A stretch of DNA of 64,000 bases from an uncultured bacterium. Lineage in GTDB: Bacteria; Omnitrophota; Omnitrophia; Omnitrophales; Aquincolibacteriaceae. Below the pieces are notes generated by a model. It had not been told where the DNA came from, did not search any database, and saw nothing but the letters and a program-made list of their open reading frames with translations. How positions within the stretch are numbered: position 1 is the stretch's first letter; the number at the start of each line of letters is the position of its first letter. Made by a program: the position numbers and the translations under genes. Where the stretch lies: positions 75,288-139,287 of the forward strand of contig CAYLPP010000003.1 of the NCBI GenBank assembly GCA_964385615.1, read 5' to 3'. Positions 47,222-58,922 of this stretch are shown here, one piece after another.

Positions 47222-49675
47222 TTAACCTTTCAATTTTTCAGGAATCCGCATCCGGTAGAAAGATTTCCAGACGAAGAACAACCCGACGGTGAAGAAACCC
47301 GCGCCGAAAATCCGGGTGACTGAAGGATCCATTTTAGTCGCGATCTCAACGGCCAGCATCCCGAAAAGAGTTGAGAACTTGATGATCGGGTTCAGTGAAA
47401 CAGAAGTCGTGTCTTTAAAAGGATCCCCCACCGTATCCCCGACCACGGTCGAAGCGTGAAGAGGCGTATTCTTTTCGCCAAAATCCACTTCAACCAGTTT
47501 CTTCGCGTTATCCCAGGAACCGCCGGCATTGGCCATGTACATCGCCTGGAAAAGACCGAAGACCGCGATTGCCATCAGATAAGCGATAAAGAAATACGGA
47601 TCAAAAAGCGCGAAAGCGAGCGTGAACGCGAGAAGGCCGAGAAAGATATTCCACATCCCCTTCTGGGCGTACTCCGTGCAGATCCTGACCACGGTAATGG
47701 AATCTTTCCGGTCCGCTTCTTTCTTATCCAGATTCAGGTTCTTTTTAATATATTCAACAGCTGAATAGGCTCCCGTTGTAACGGCTTGAATCGACGCGCC
47801 GCAAAACCAATAAATCACCGCTCCGCCGCACAAAAACCCGAGCAGAACCGGAGAGGACGTCAGCGACAGCTTTTCATGCAGAAGAATTTCACCGATATTC
47901 ACCGGCAGAATCTTGCCCGCGGCACCCGCGACCGCTTCCAGCCGTAAATGCTCCTGAAGCAAGAGAATGATCGAGAAAATCATGGTCGTCGCGCCCGCGA
48001 CGGCAGTCGCGATCAGCACAGGCTTCGCGGTCGCTTTAAAAGTATTGCCGGCAGAGTCGTTGGCTTCGAGATAATGTTTTCCTTTTTTGAAATCAGGCGT
48101 GAAACCGAAATCCCTTTCGATTTCTTTTTCAATCCCCGGAATCGATTCCGCCTGCGACAATTCAAAAATCGACTGCGCGTTGTCCGTGACCGGGCCGTAA
48201 GAATCCACGGCAATGTTGACGGGCCCCATGCAAAGAAAACCGTACGCGACTAAACCAAAAGCGAAAACGGAAGCGTGAGGCATGACATTCTGAAGGCCCA
48301 TTCCCGAAAGCAAGTAGGCGACGAACATCAGACCGGCAATCAGGATCCCCTTCCAAAAGGCGGAAAAGGAACCGGCAACAATACCTGAAAGAATGGTTAA
48401 CGATGCTCCGCCTTCGCGTGACGCCGTCACGATTTCGTGAACGTGCTTGGAGTGGGACGAAGTGAAAACCTTGGTGAACTCCGGAATCAAAAACGCGCCC
48501 AGCGTACCGCACGCGATAATGGAAGCCAGCTTCCACCACAAGCTTGAATCCGAAAGATCGCCGATGAGCAAATAAGACATTCCATAAGAAGTCGAGATGC
48601 AAAGCGTCGTGGCGATCACGATTAAATGCGTCAACGGTTCTTCAAAGTTAAAATCTTTCAGATGCTTGTATTTTTTCTCGGAAATAGCCTTGTTGATGAA
48701 ATAAGAAATACCTGACATGAAATCCATAAGGAAGCGCATCGCGAAAATCCAGACGATCAGCTTGGCCTGAAGCGACGGGTCTTTAACCGCGAGCGTAATG
48801 AACGAAATCAGCGCGACGCCCGTAACCCCGTACGTTTCAAAACCGTCAGCCGTCGGACCCACAGAATCGCCGGCATTGTCACCCGCGCAGTCCGCGATCA
48901 CGCCCGGGTTACGGGGATCATCTTCCTTGACCTTAAAAACAATTTTCATCAGGTCAGAGCCGATATCGGCGATCTTGGTAAAAATACCGCCCGCGATTCG
49001 AAGCGCGCTCGCGGCCAGCGATTCCCCGATCGCGAAACCCAGGAAGCAGTACCCGACGATATGACGAGGCACAAAAAGAAGGATGATCACCATCATGACA
49101 AGCTCGATTGAAATCAGGAAAAGTCCGACGGACATCCCCGCGCGCAAAGGAATGTTTACGACTTCCCAAGGCATCCCGCGAAGAGACGCGAAAGCCGTCC
49201 GGGCATTAGCGTAAGTGTTCACCCGAATGCCGTAATACGCCACAAGCGTTGAGCCCGCCATCCCGACAATGGAGAAAAAGAGAACAAGCGCCAGCGTGGC
49301 CGGGGCTTCATGCTGAAGCACGATGAAGTAATAAGACATCGCGCACGCGATAATCAGAAAGAGGATTGCCAGAAACTTAGTCTGCTGTTTAAGGTAGGTC
49401 TGACAAGTCTGAAAAATGGTTTCCGCGATATCCAGCATGGACTTGTGAGCCGGCAGGGCTTTAATTTTAACGAACTGATAAAGAGACAGCCCAACGGTTC
49501 CCAGAATCACCAGCGCTCCATAAAGAAGGATCTGATAGCCGGTCAGCCCGCCGAACATTTTAAATTGCCCTTCATGAAGATCCGGAATCTTCAGGTCGGC
49601 CTCGCTGGCCCAAAGGACACCCTGCCACGCGCAAAACGTACCCAGGAAGACAAGTTTCTGAAAAATCTTTTTCAT
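47222..49675 (-). CDS. hppA: membrane-bound H+(/Na+)-translocating pyrophosphatase
   Basis: 817 aa; GGIFTKIADIGSDLMKIV, DNAGDSVGPTADGFETYG, DNVGDTVGDPFKDT motifs. Confidence 0.9.
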   Translation of the reverse strand: MKKIFQKLVFLGTFCAWQGVLWASEADLKIPDLHEGQFKMFGGLTGYQILLYGALVILGTVGLSLYQFVKIKALPAHKSMLDIAETIFQTCQTYLKQQTKFLAILFLIIACAMSYYFIVLQHEAPATLALVLFFSIVGMAGSTLVAYYGIRVNTYANARTAFASLRGMPWEVVNIPLRAGMSVGLFLISIELVMMVIILLFVPRHIVGYCFLGFAIGESLAASALRIAGGIFTKIADIGSDLMKIVFKVKEDDPRNPGVIADCAGDNAGDSVGPTADGFETYGVTGVALISFITLAVKDPSLQAKLIVWIFAMRFLMDFMSGISYFINKAISEKKYKHLKDFNFEEPLTHLIVIATTLCISTSYGMSYLLIGDLSDSSLWWKLASIIACGTLGAFLIPEFTKVFTSSHSKHVHEIVTASREGGASLTILSGIVAGSFSAFWKGILIAGLMFVAYLLSGMGLQNVMPHASVFAFGLVAYGFLCMGPVNIAVDSYGPVTDNAQSIFELSQAESIPGIEKEIERDFGFTPDFKKGKHYLEANDSAGNTFKATAKPVLIATAVAGATTMIFSIILLLQEHLRLEAVAGAAGKILPVNIGEILLHEKLSLTSSPVLLGFLCGGAVIYWFCGASIQAVTTGAYSAVEYIKKNLNLDKKEADRKDSITVVRICTEYAQKGMWNIFLGLLAFTLAFALFDPYFFIAYLMAIAVFGLFQAMYMANAGGSWDNAKKLVEVDFGEKNTPLHASTVVGDTVGDPFKDTTSVSLNPIIKFSTLFGMLAVEIATKMDPSVTRIFGAGFFTVGLFFVWKSFYRMRIPEKLKG

Positions 49676-49696
49676 ATTATAAGTTCTCCCGTTTAA

Positions 49697-50617
49697 TTAA
49701 TGATTACGGCCATGCTTTCCAGCAGGCGGTTTCGCGATTGAAATAAGAATTGATGCCGTCAGCGTCAGCGCGATAAACGCAAGCGACCCAGTAATTGGAA
49801 TCACGTAAAAATGTTCAATCAGCATTTTAAAACCGACAAAAGCCAGGATAACCCCCAGCCCGTAGTTCAAATAATGGAACAAATGCATCAGCCCGGAAAG
49901 AGCGAAGAACAGCGCCCTCAATCCCAGAATCGCGAACACGTTTGACGTGTAAACGATAAACGGGTCCTTGCTGACCGCCAGCACCGCCGGGATCGAATCC
50001 ACCGCGAAAATGACATCCGTGGTTTCAACCGCCAGAAGCACCACCATCAGCGGGGTGGCCATGATCTTTCCGGCCCGCCGTATAAAAAACCGGTCGCCCT
50101 CATAATTTTCGGTCACAGGCACGATTTTCCTAAATGCTTTCAGCAAAGGGTTCTTTTCGGGTTTTACTTCCTTTTCCTTGCCGAACACAAGCTTATACCC
50201 CGTAAAAACCAGAAACGCGCCGAAAACATAGATAATCCAGTGGAAACTTTCGATCAGATGAACCCCTGCCAAAATGAAAATGGCACGCATGATCAGCGCG
50301 CCAAGAATGCCCCAGAAAAGGACTCGGTGCTGGTCTTTCTCCGGCACCTTAAAATAAGAGAAGATGATTAGGAAGACAAAGAGGTTGTCGACACTCAGGG
50401 ATTCTTCAATGACGTAGCCGGCCAAGAATTTCATGGCCTGCTCCGGCCCTCTCGAGAAATAGATGAAAATATTGAAGGCGACCGCCAAGCCGACCCAGAA
50501 AGCCACGCCAAGCAGGGATTCGCGCATCGAAATAACATGCGCTTTGCGGTGCATGACCGTCAGGTCGAGCACCAGGAGAAAAACCACAAAAACCGTAAAT
50601 AAAATCCACCAGCTCAT
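49697..50617 (-). CDS. TerC/Alx-family integral membrane protein
   Basis: 306 aa; SLSVDNLFVFLIIF and AVDSIPAVLAVS repeated TerC motifs. Confidence 0.85.
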   Translation of the reverse strand: MSWWILFTVFVVFLLVLDLTVMHRKAHVISMRESLLGVAFWVGLAVAFNIFIYFSRGPEQAMKFLAGYVIEESLSVDNLFVFLIIFSYFKVPEKDQHRVLFWGILGALIMRAIFILAGVHLIESFHWIIYVFGAFLVFTGYKLVFGKEKEVKPEKNPLLKAFRKIVPVTENYEGDRFFIRRAGKIMATPLMVVLLAVETTDVIFAVDSIPAVLAVSKDPFIVYTSNVFAILGLRALFFALSGLMHLFHYLNYGLGVILAFVGFKMLIEHFYVIPITGSLAFIALTLTASILISIAKPPAGKHGRNH

Positions 50618-50649
50618 CGAGGTAACATTACGGCATTTCCGCTCCTAAA

Positions 50650-51666
50650 TTAACTAAAAAGCTCAGCTTGCTTTGACGGGCGGTGAAAAGGAGGCCGGGA
50701 TTCCCGCTTCATTTCACGGTTCAGCCCCGACTTCGCGCAGTAGACTTCAAACATCTGCCGGAGATTGTCCCAATATTCCCCCTGCCCCCGGTGTCTCTGC
50801 CCAAAAGCGGAATTATAGAGTTCCCCGCCCCGGCTGTCACGGATACGGCCTTCGATTTTATCGTAAGCCATGGGAAAAAGCTCCTTCATCCTCGCGAGAA
50901 ACACGGATTTTACATTCCCCGGCAAACGCAAAAGAGTCATCCAGGAAGATTTCGCGCCGCACTCTGCCGCCTTTTTCAAAATCCGCGCGATATCCGAATC
51001 ATTCAACCCCGGAATCACCGGCGCGACCGCCACCCCGACATGAATCCCCGCGTCCGCGAACATCCGCACTGCTTCAAAACGTTTGGAAACGGCAGACGCT
51101 CTGGGCTCGACAAGGCGCGCGGTTTTCTCATCCCAAAAAGGAATGCTGATATTCACGCGGACATGGGTCCGCTCATGAAGTTTTTTAAACAGCTCCAGAT
51201 CACGGACAACTAAGAAGGACTTCGTAATGATCGCCGCGGGATTCCCGAATTCAAGGCAGACTTCCAGGCATTGGCGCGTGAGCTGGTAACTGGCTTCTAT
51301 AGGTTGGTAGCAATCAGTGTCCCCCGAGAACACCACCCGCTCCCCCTTCCAGGATTTCTTCATGAAAGCTTCGCGCAGGAGTTCGGGCGCGCGCCGTTTG
51401 ATCAGAATCTTATTTTCAAAGTCACTGCCCGCGCCGAAACCCAAATATTCATGCGAAGGCCGGGCATAGCAGTAAGCGCAGGCATGAGCGCATCCCCGGT
51501 AAGGGTTCAAACTGTAGGTAAATGGAAGGTCGGGAGAATCGTTCTTGGAAAGAATGCTTCGCGTCTGGTCCTCGTAGATTTCCAGCCGGGCCGGAGGAAT
51601 ATCACCTAAATAATATTCGCAATCGTAGGAAGCAAACGGATTTGGCGGATTTTCAACGGGTCTCAA
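50650..51666 (-). CDS. radical SAM protein, SplB / DNA-repair-photolyase-like (COG1533)
   Basis: 338 aa; CAHACAYCYAR CxxxCxxC cluster motif. Confidence 0.75.
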   Translation of the reverse strand: MRPVENPPNPFASYDCEYYLGDIPPARLEIYEDQTRSILSKNDSPDLPFTYSLNPYRGCAHACAYCYARPSHEYLGFGAGSDFENKILIKRRAPELLREAFMKKSWKGERVVFSGDTDCYQPIEASYQLTRQCLEVCLEFGNPAAIITKSFLVVRDLELFKKLHERTHVRVNISIPFWDEKTARLVEPRASAVSKRFEAVRMFADAGIHVGVAVAPVIPGLNDSDIARILKKAAECGAKSSWMTLLRLPGNVKSVFLARMKELFPMAYDKIEGRIRDSRGGELYNSAFGQRHRGQGEYWDNLRQMFEVYCAKSGLNREMKRESRPPFHRPSKQAELFS

Positions 51667-52861
51667 CTTTCAACTCAGGCGACGCGTTAAAAAGCTCCAT
51701 AAATTCATCGGGCGGAAGATACCCCGTGGTGCGGGCCTTCTTGACCTCCGCGCCTTTGGCATCCAGAAAAATAATCGTGGGCACACCCAGAATTTCATAG
51801 CTCTCCGCCGTCGCTTGAGTCTCAGCGTCATCGGCTTCCGTCATATTCACTTTTAGCCGGACAAACCCCTTCAGCGCCTGAATGACTTTCGGATCGGTAT
51901 AAGTCTTGTCATCCAATTCGTGGCAAGGAATGCACCAGTCCGCGTAGAAATCGATAATCACCGGCTTGCCCGCAGTCTTCGCCTGCGCGATTTTTTCAGG
52001 AGCGTAAGCTTCCCAGACCACCCGTTCTTTGGGAGCCATCACGGTCATCAAAATCGCGGTTGTAATCGCCACTAACCCGGCGAATTTCTGAAACAGCGAA
52101 AATTTCTTGCCGTATTTCGCGGACTTTTCAAAAAAGCCCAGATAAATCCCGCCGATGACCAAAGCCCCAGGAATCAAAAACGGCAGAAACTTGGGCTGGA
52201 TCGCCAGGATTAAATAGAAGCCGGCCAAAGACATCAGCACCACGCCGAAAAGTCTTTCCACCCAGAGAAGCCAGGTGCCGGAACGCGGAAGTTTCTTGAT
52301 CGCGCCCGAAAAAGTACCGAGCAGAAGATAAGGAAGGCCGAGCCCCATCGACATCGTGAAGAAAACACGGAAAGCAAAAACCGGATCGCCCTTGCTGGCG
52401 ACGAAAGTAATAAGAGCCAGAATCGTGGGCCCGATGCACGGCGCGGCAAATACGCCGACGAACACGCCGGAAAAAAAGAAACCAATCAGACTGACACTGC
52501 GTTTTCCGGCCAGTTTATTGACCAGACCGGCCGGCAGAGCCAGCGTGTAAACATTGAACATACTCAAAGCCAGACCGCCGAGAATTAAAGCGATTCCAAA
52601 CAGAACCCATTTGCTCTGCAGAAGCGCGCCAAAAAAACCGCCGGTGAAAGCCGTGATCACGCCCAGCGTGCTGTAAGTTACCGCGATCCCGGTCACGTAA
52701 GCGACGGATTTAAGAAAAGAGCTGAGACGGCTGGAGTCTTTCTGACTGCCGAAAAGACTGATGGTCACCGTCATCATGGGATAAACGCAGGGCGTGAGAT
52801 TCAGCCCCAGGCCGAGAAAGAAAATTCCGATAAAAGTCAGAGAATCCGTCACAGGGTTCAT
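51653..52861 (-). CDS. DsbD/CcdA-family thiol:disulfide transporter fused to C-terminal thioredoxin domain
   Basis: 402 aa; 6-8 TM with conserved Cys (LTPCVYPM, AAPCIGPT); C-terminal thioredoxin with WCIPC. Confidence 0.8.
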   Translation of the reverse strand: MNPVTDSLTFIGIFFLGLGLNLTPCVYPMMTVTISLFGSQKDSSRLSSFLKSVAYVTGIAVTYSTLGVITAFTGGFFGALLQSKWVLFGIALILGGLALSMFNVYTLALPAGLVNKLAGKRSVSLIGFFFSGVFVGVFAAPCIGPTILALITFVASKGDPVFAFRVFFTMSMGLGLPYLLLGTFSGAIKKLPRSGTWLLWVERLFGVVLMSLAGFYLILAIQPKFLPFLIPGALVIGGIYLGFFEKSAKYGKKFSLFQKFAGLVAITTAILMTVMAPKERVVWEAYAPEKIAQAKTAGKPVIIDFYADWCIPCHELDDKTYTDPKVIQALKGFVRLKVNMTEADDAETQATAESYEILGVPTIIFLDAKGAEVKKARTTGYLPPDEFMELFNASPELKVETR

Positions 52862-52910
52862 TGAAACCTCAGTTTATTTGAAATCAACCGCCGGGCAAGT
52901 TCTTTTTTAA

Positions 52911-54605
<1,695 letters not shown>

Positions 54606-54816
54606 AATTTCCGCTTAAGCCCCCTCCTCTGCCTGTCGAAGCAGAACATAGAGGAAGGAGGGCTTCATCCCTGCCGTAAAAGCCAAGACTTCAAAGTTAT
54701 TTTCAAAATCCGCCGGTTTCTGGATCACTCTGGTTCTGCTGTGGGCTCTCGGGATTTTTCTGCGCCTTTACCTGCTTCAAGACCAGATTATTCTGGATGA
54801 CGAATGGCACGGCCTT

Positions 54817-56460
54817 GTGCTCGCGTCGCGAAAAACCTTTCATCAGATTCTCGGCTTAAGCTCCGTTGGAGCGACAAGCCCCATTTCTAACCTCTATTAC
54901 TGGGTTCTGCTTCACACCGTGGGCTGGTCCGCGCTTCTCATCCGCCTCCCGCAAATCATCGCGGGGATTTCCGCCGTCATTTTATTTCCGCTTTTCACGC
55001 TTCGAATTCTGGGGCGTCAAAGGGCTCTGTTGTTTTCATTTCTTCTTTCCATCTCTCCGTTTCTGATTTTTTACAGCCGGAACAGCCGGCCTTACAGCAT
55101 CGCGTTTTTTTTGAGTTTCACGGCTTTGCTCTGCCTTTACTTTTGGATATCCGAAAAAAAGACACGCTACGCGGTCCTTTACGTTTTGTGCGGAGCGCTC
55201 GCTTCCTATTTTCACCCCGCCACCCTGATTCCCGTGAGTTCACCGCTGATCGCGCTCACAGGCCTTCACTGGAAACCTTTAAAAAACGCTCCGAAGCCCC
55301 GGCTCATGATCACCGCGGGGCTCTGCCTCGCGCTTCTCGTCTTCGCTTTTTATTTTCCGGTCATGCTCAAAAATCCCTGGATCATGAAAGAAAGACGTGA
55401 ATTCGGGCTGATCTCCCTAGATAGTTTTTACGGTATATGGATTCTCATGAGCGGAACCGCCAGGCCCAGCCTGATCGCCGTCTTTTTCGCGCTGGCGGTC
55501 CTGGGCGCGGTTCATCTCGTCCGCCGGAGGCCTTTGCTTGGGTGGATCTGCGTTTCCGCATATCTGCCCACTTTCGCTTTTTTTAGCGTCAATCAGATTG
55601 AAGTCCCGTTGTTTTTTACGCGGTACATGATCACTCTGCTGCCGATAAATTTTATTTTCGTGTCGCACGGACTTTTCGCGTTTATCAACACCAAAAACTC
55701 CGCGCCCTGGACTAAAATCCTGAAAACCCTGGCCGTCGGGATCTTTCTCGTCTTTCTTTGCGTTAAAAACCCACTGGCGCGCCACTACACCCGCACTCCC
55801 AATAATTTCATGGATCACTCCGCGTTTCAGGAAACCTACACGCGCCGCGCTTGGAACAAGCACTCTTATAAAATTGACGGCGACGGCAGCTACGCCATGA
55901 AAAAACAGCATGTTCCGGACTATTATTTTAAAATCGCGCGGGATCCTGAAATCAACACCATTCTGGAATACCCCATGGTGGTCGGCGACTCGCTTAATCT
56001 TTACTATTACTATCAGCATTTTCACCGAAAGCGCGTCGTGATCGGCTACACGTCCCGGCTTCTGATCCCAGCCGAAGTCCGCAGACTTTACGCTTACGGA
56101 GACGAGCCCATCGACGTGCTCTTAAGCCGGCTGATTGACCCCGAAAAACTGAAATTCCGCAACATGGTTCCTTTACTCAACCTCACGCGCGTCAGAGATT
56201 CGGGCGCTGACCGCGTTATTATTCACCGGAATATTTTCCGTGAAATGAACCCAATGGAAAAGGAACTGGACCCTGTTTACCCCCCGCCAATCTATCTGGA
56301 AAAAATTTACAATAAAATCCTGGGGCCCGCGGAGTATAGCGACGAGGAAATCGTAGTCTTTAAAATGGACCGGGAAAAAATGGAAAAAGCGATAGAGAAG
56401 AGAAAGAAAGGCGAATGGAAACCTTCGGCTCAGGGCCCTTTCCGCCCGCTCAAGACTTAA
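54817..56460 (+). CDS. GT39/ArnT(PMT)-like membrane glycosyltransferase; likely starts further upstream
   Basis: 547 aa from GTG; many TM; the frame stays open back to 54652 (after an AGGAGG SD) and encodes a plausible first TM helix plus an LDDEWH segment. Confidence 0.55.
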   Translation: MLASRKTFHQILGLSSVGATSPISNLYYWVLLHTVGWSALLIRLPQIIAGISAVILFPLFTLRILGRQRALLFSFLLSISPFLIFYSRNSRPYSIAFFLSFTALLCLYFWISEKKTRYAVLYVLCGALASYFHPATLIPVSSPLIALTGLHWKPLKNAPKPRLMITAGLCLALLVFAFYFPVMLKNPWIMKERREFGLISLDSFYGIWILMSGTARPSLIAVFFALAVLGAVHLVRRRPLLGWICVSAYLPTFAFFSVNQIEVPLFFTRYMITLLPINFIFVSHGLFAFINTKNSAPWTKILKTLAVGIFLVFLCVKNPLARHYTRTPNNFMDHSAFQETYTRRAWNKHSYKIDGDGSYAMKKQHVPDYYFKIARDPEINTILEYPMVVGDSLNLYYYYQHFHRKRVVIGYTSRLLIPAEVRRLYAYGDEPIDVLLSRLIDPEKLKFRNMVPLLNLTRVRDSGADRVIIHRNIFREMNPMEKELDPVYPPPIYLEKIYNKILGPAEYSDEEIVVFKMDREKMEKAIEKRKKGEWKPSAQGPFRPLKT

Positions 56461-56471
56461 ATCAGGTTTTT

Positions 56472-56786
56472 CTAAAATCTCAGTCTGGGAAGGACGATCG
56501 TGAATAGAATAATCAAAAGCAGAATCAGCAGATAAATCTTAAAAAGCCATTTTTCAATACTCAGACTCCGGGTCAACAGATTGTCGCCCAGGGTTTTATA
56601 CTCCCCCGCCCGTGCCCACTTGAGCCATTTCCGCGACGTTTCCCGGCTGTTGTAAACAATCGAAGGTCTGCCCAACGCTTCCCAAGTTTGCCGGTGTTTA
56701 TTTCTCAGACGAAAAATAATATAAAAATAAATCGCGGTGAAAACCGCTAGCACCAGCCAGTGCGCTGCCCACAATAAAGAAACCAT
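56472..56786 (-). CDS. hypothetical small membrane protein
   Basis: 104 aa, two hydrophobic helices; no motif recognised. Confidence 0.35.
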   Translation of the reverse strand: MVSLLWAAHWLVLAVFTAIYFYIIFRLRNKHRQTWEALGRPSIVYNSRETSRKWLKWARAGEYKTLGDNLLTRSLSIEKWLFKIYLLILLLIILFTIVLPRLRF

Positions 56787-56912
56787 GCCCTAAGTGTACA
56801 CCGCTCTTAGGGAAACTTACATAACTTACATCTGCCCCTACCCTAGAATCGAGCTCCCCTTATTGTTTTACTGACATTCACCCGGTAATCTTTAAACAAG
56901 GGAGATACTAAA

Positions 56913-58025
56913 ATGAAAAAAAATGATAAGAAAACGGCACTCTTTACTCTGGGATTTCTACTTGTTTTTCAAACGGTTTCCTACAGTTCTTTAGATATGG
57001 GCTCTCCCGTGGAAAATGCTCCGGCCGGCGAAACACAGGCCCCCGGCGTTGCTCCTGATGACACTCCCGAAATGGCTCCCGTCGAACAGCAGGCCCCGCC
57101 CGCCAGCACCGATTTTTTAATGACAAATCCCATCGTACAGCCGGAGCCTGATAAAACAGCGGTTCAAGAAATGCCGGCTCAGGAACCCACGGCCACGACA
57201 CCTCCGGAGACGACGACTCCGGTAACAACACCCGAAGACACGAATCTCCCGACCGCGCAGGATCCTGCCAATCTGGCTGATGACTCTTGGAATGACAGCT
57301 CCTTCGATATTGACGGCGCCGATGAAGGTGATGATGCGGAAGTCGGTGAATACATCGACATCTACAACATGGATGACATGGATACGCTCTTGAACACTCC
57401 CCCGGAGGAAGAAGGCGGATCGCCGAGTGGCACTATGCTGGGAGACAGTGCGAGGACTGAAAGCGCCAAGGAAATCGAGAATGAACCCGCCGAAGTCTTT
57501 GCCGTTAACGATGACGAAGAAATCAAGTCCATGAAAGAACAAATCACCAGCATGGCCAAAAGCCTCTTTGAAACCCAGGTAGCACTGGAGAATCTCATCT
57601 CGGATGTTAAAAAAGGAAGGATCTATTCTGACGTCGCCCGGGGTTTCATCCTGCAGCTGCAATTCGAGAATTTCCAGCTTGCGGACTTAAACCAGAGAGC
57701 GGATAAAAATAAAATCGCTGAGAACAACAAGAAAATAGCCGCCAACAATGCGATCATCGCCGACTTCAGCAGAATTACTTCAAGCGACGGAAAAGCCAGG
57801 GGCAAAATCGTTGCCAGCCTCACCAAACAGCTTGAGAATATCGATAAGCTGCGGAAAGAAGTCATTTACTACCTTAATGACACAAGGTTAAATACAGCCG
57901 CCAAGCGCACATTCGTCCAGGGATTGCTGGATGGCCGCTGGAAAATAGGCAACGCGAGGTTCAAGGACTACAAAGATTACGCAGACAAACTCGTGAAAGG
58001 CTTCGTAAAGGCTAAAAGAGGCTAA
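56913..58025 (+). CDS. secreted acidic Pro/Thr/Glu-rich protein with C-terminal coiled-coil domain (hypothetical)
   Basis: 370 aa; signal peptide MKKNDKKTALFTLGFLLVFQTVSYS; low-complexity acidic middle; structured C-terminal ~170 aa. Confidence 0.55.
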   Translation: MKKNDKKTALFTLGFLLVFQTVSYSSLDMGSPVENAPAGETQAPGVAPDDTPEMAPVEQQAPPASTDFLMTNPIVQPEPDKTAVQEMPAQEPTATTPPETTTPVTTPEDTNLPTAQDPANLADDSWNDSSFDIDGADEGDDAEVGEYIDIYNMDDMDTLLNTPPEEEGGSPSGTMLGDSARTESAKEIENEPAEVFAVNDDEEIKSMKEQITSMAKSLFETQVALENLISDVKKGRIYSDVARGFILQLQFENFQLADLNQRADKNKIAENNKKIAANNAIIADFSRITSSDGKARGKIVASLTKQLENIDKLRKEVIYYLNDTRLNTAAKRTFVQGLLDGRWKIGNARFKDYKDYADKLVKGFVKAKRG

Positions 58026-58038
58026 ACCTTACGGATAA

Positions 58039-58197
58039 TCAGGCTTCGCTGTAAATCCGGTCAACCAGGTTTCGAAACCCCTTCGGCCTTGCGATCAGCA
58101 CATAAGCTGCCGCCAGCGCCATCAACGGCAGAAAGAAAAATAAGCCATCAACCGCCAAAATAATCACCGCCCACATAATACGGTCAATCAGCTTCAT
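58039..58197 (-). CDS. unannotated 52-aa membrane peptide (MKLIDRIMWAVIILAVDGLFFFLPLMALAAAYVLIARPKGFRNLVDRIYSEA)
   Basis: not in ORF track (<60 aa); strong SD GGAGGAGGGGGG upstream of ATG; two hydrophobic helices. Confidence 0.4.
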   Translation of the reverse strand: MKLIDRIMWAVIILAVDGLFFFLPLMALAAAYVLIARPKGFRNLVDRIYSEA

Positions 58198-58248
58198 CCC
58201 CCCTCCTCCTTTTCGCTCCCTACACTTGGAGTATCGGCACCCAGTTTT

Positions 58249-58725
58249 TTACAAACCTAATTCACTAAGACCCGGGTGATCATCAGGTCTTCTGCCGAGC
58301 GGCCAAAAAAATTTCCGTTCACTCTCACTCAGAGGTAAATCGTTAATGCTCGCAAAACGCTCTTTCATCAACCCATTTTTATCAAAAATCCAATTCTCGT
58401 TGCCATACGCTCGAAACCACTGATTCTTAGCATTGTGATATTCATAGGCGTATCTTACAGCGATCCGGTTCTCCGTGAAGGCGAAGAGCTCTTTGATAAG
58501 TCTATACTCTAATTCCGTTTTCCACTTCTCTGTTAAAAAACGAACAATTTCTTCTCTGCCGTTAACAAACTGAATCCGATTACGCCATTGACTGTCGGGA
58601 GAGTACGCTAAACTTATTTTCTCGGGATTCCTACTATTCCATCCATCTTCAGCAAGACGCACTTTCTCGGTCGCGCTTGCTTTGGTAAATGGCGGTAAGG
58701 GAGGCCGCTGATCAATCGGTTTCAC
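58249..58725 (-). CDS. NTF2-like fold protein, resembles the DUF1348 family
   Basis: 158 aa; [22 protein letters not shown]...[13 protein letters not shown]...[13 protein letters not shown] pattern; GTG start overlapping the upstream gene's stop (GTGA). Confidence 0.55.
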   Translation of the reverse strand: MKPIDQRPPLPPFTKASATEKVRLAEDGWNSRNPEKISLAYSPDSQWRNRIQFVNGREEIVRFLTEKWKTELEYRLIKELFAFTENRIAVRYAYEYHNAKNQWFRAYGNENWIFDKNGLMKERFASINDLPLSESERKFFWPLGRRPDDHPGLSELGL

Positions 58726-58874
58726 TCTTCGTCCTCCTCGTCCTCGTCATCATCGTCGTCATCCTCAAGATCATCGCCAGAATCATCCAATTCCTCGCCA
58801 CACTCACTGCAAATTCCTTCTTCAGCGAGATCTTCATCGATATCCTCAGCATCACAATGCTTGCAACGCTTCAT
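58722..58874 (-). CDS. unannotated 50-aa zinc-ribbon peptide with polyacidic tail ([50 protein letters not shown])
   Basis: not in ORF track; AGGAGG SD 6 nt upstream of ATG; C-x2-C ... C-x2-C followed by a 24-residue D/E tail. Confidence 0.5.
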   Translation of the reverse strand: MKRCKHCDAEDIDEDLAEEGICSECGEELDDSGDDLEDDDDDDEDEEDEE

Positions 58875-58890
58875 CTGAACCTCCTGGCCC

Positions 58891-58922
58891 CGTTAACCCG
58901 GTTCACCTGGAACCGGTACCGA
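58891..58922. repeat. direct repeat copy 1 (TTAACCCGGTTCACCTGGAACCGGTACCGAGT)
   Basis: 26 of 32 positions match copy 2, including exact 12-mer TGGAACCGGTAC. Confidence 0.5.
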
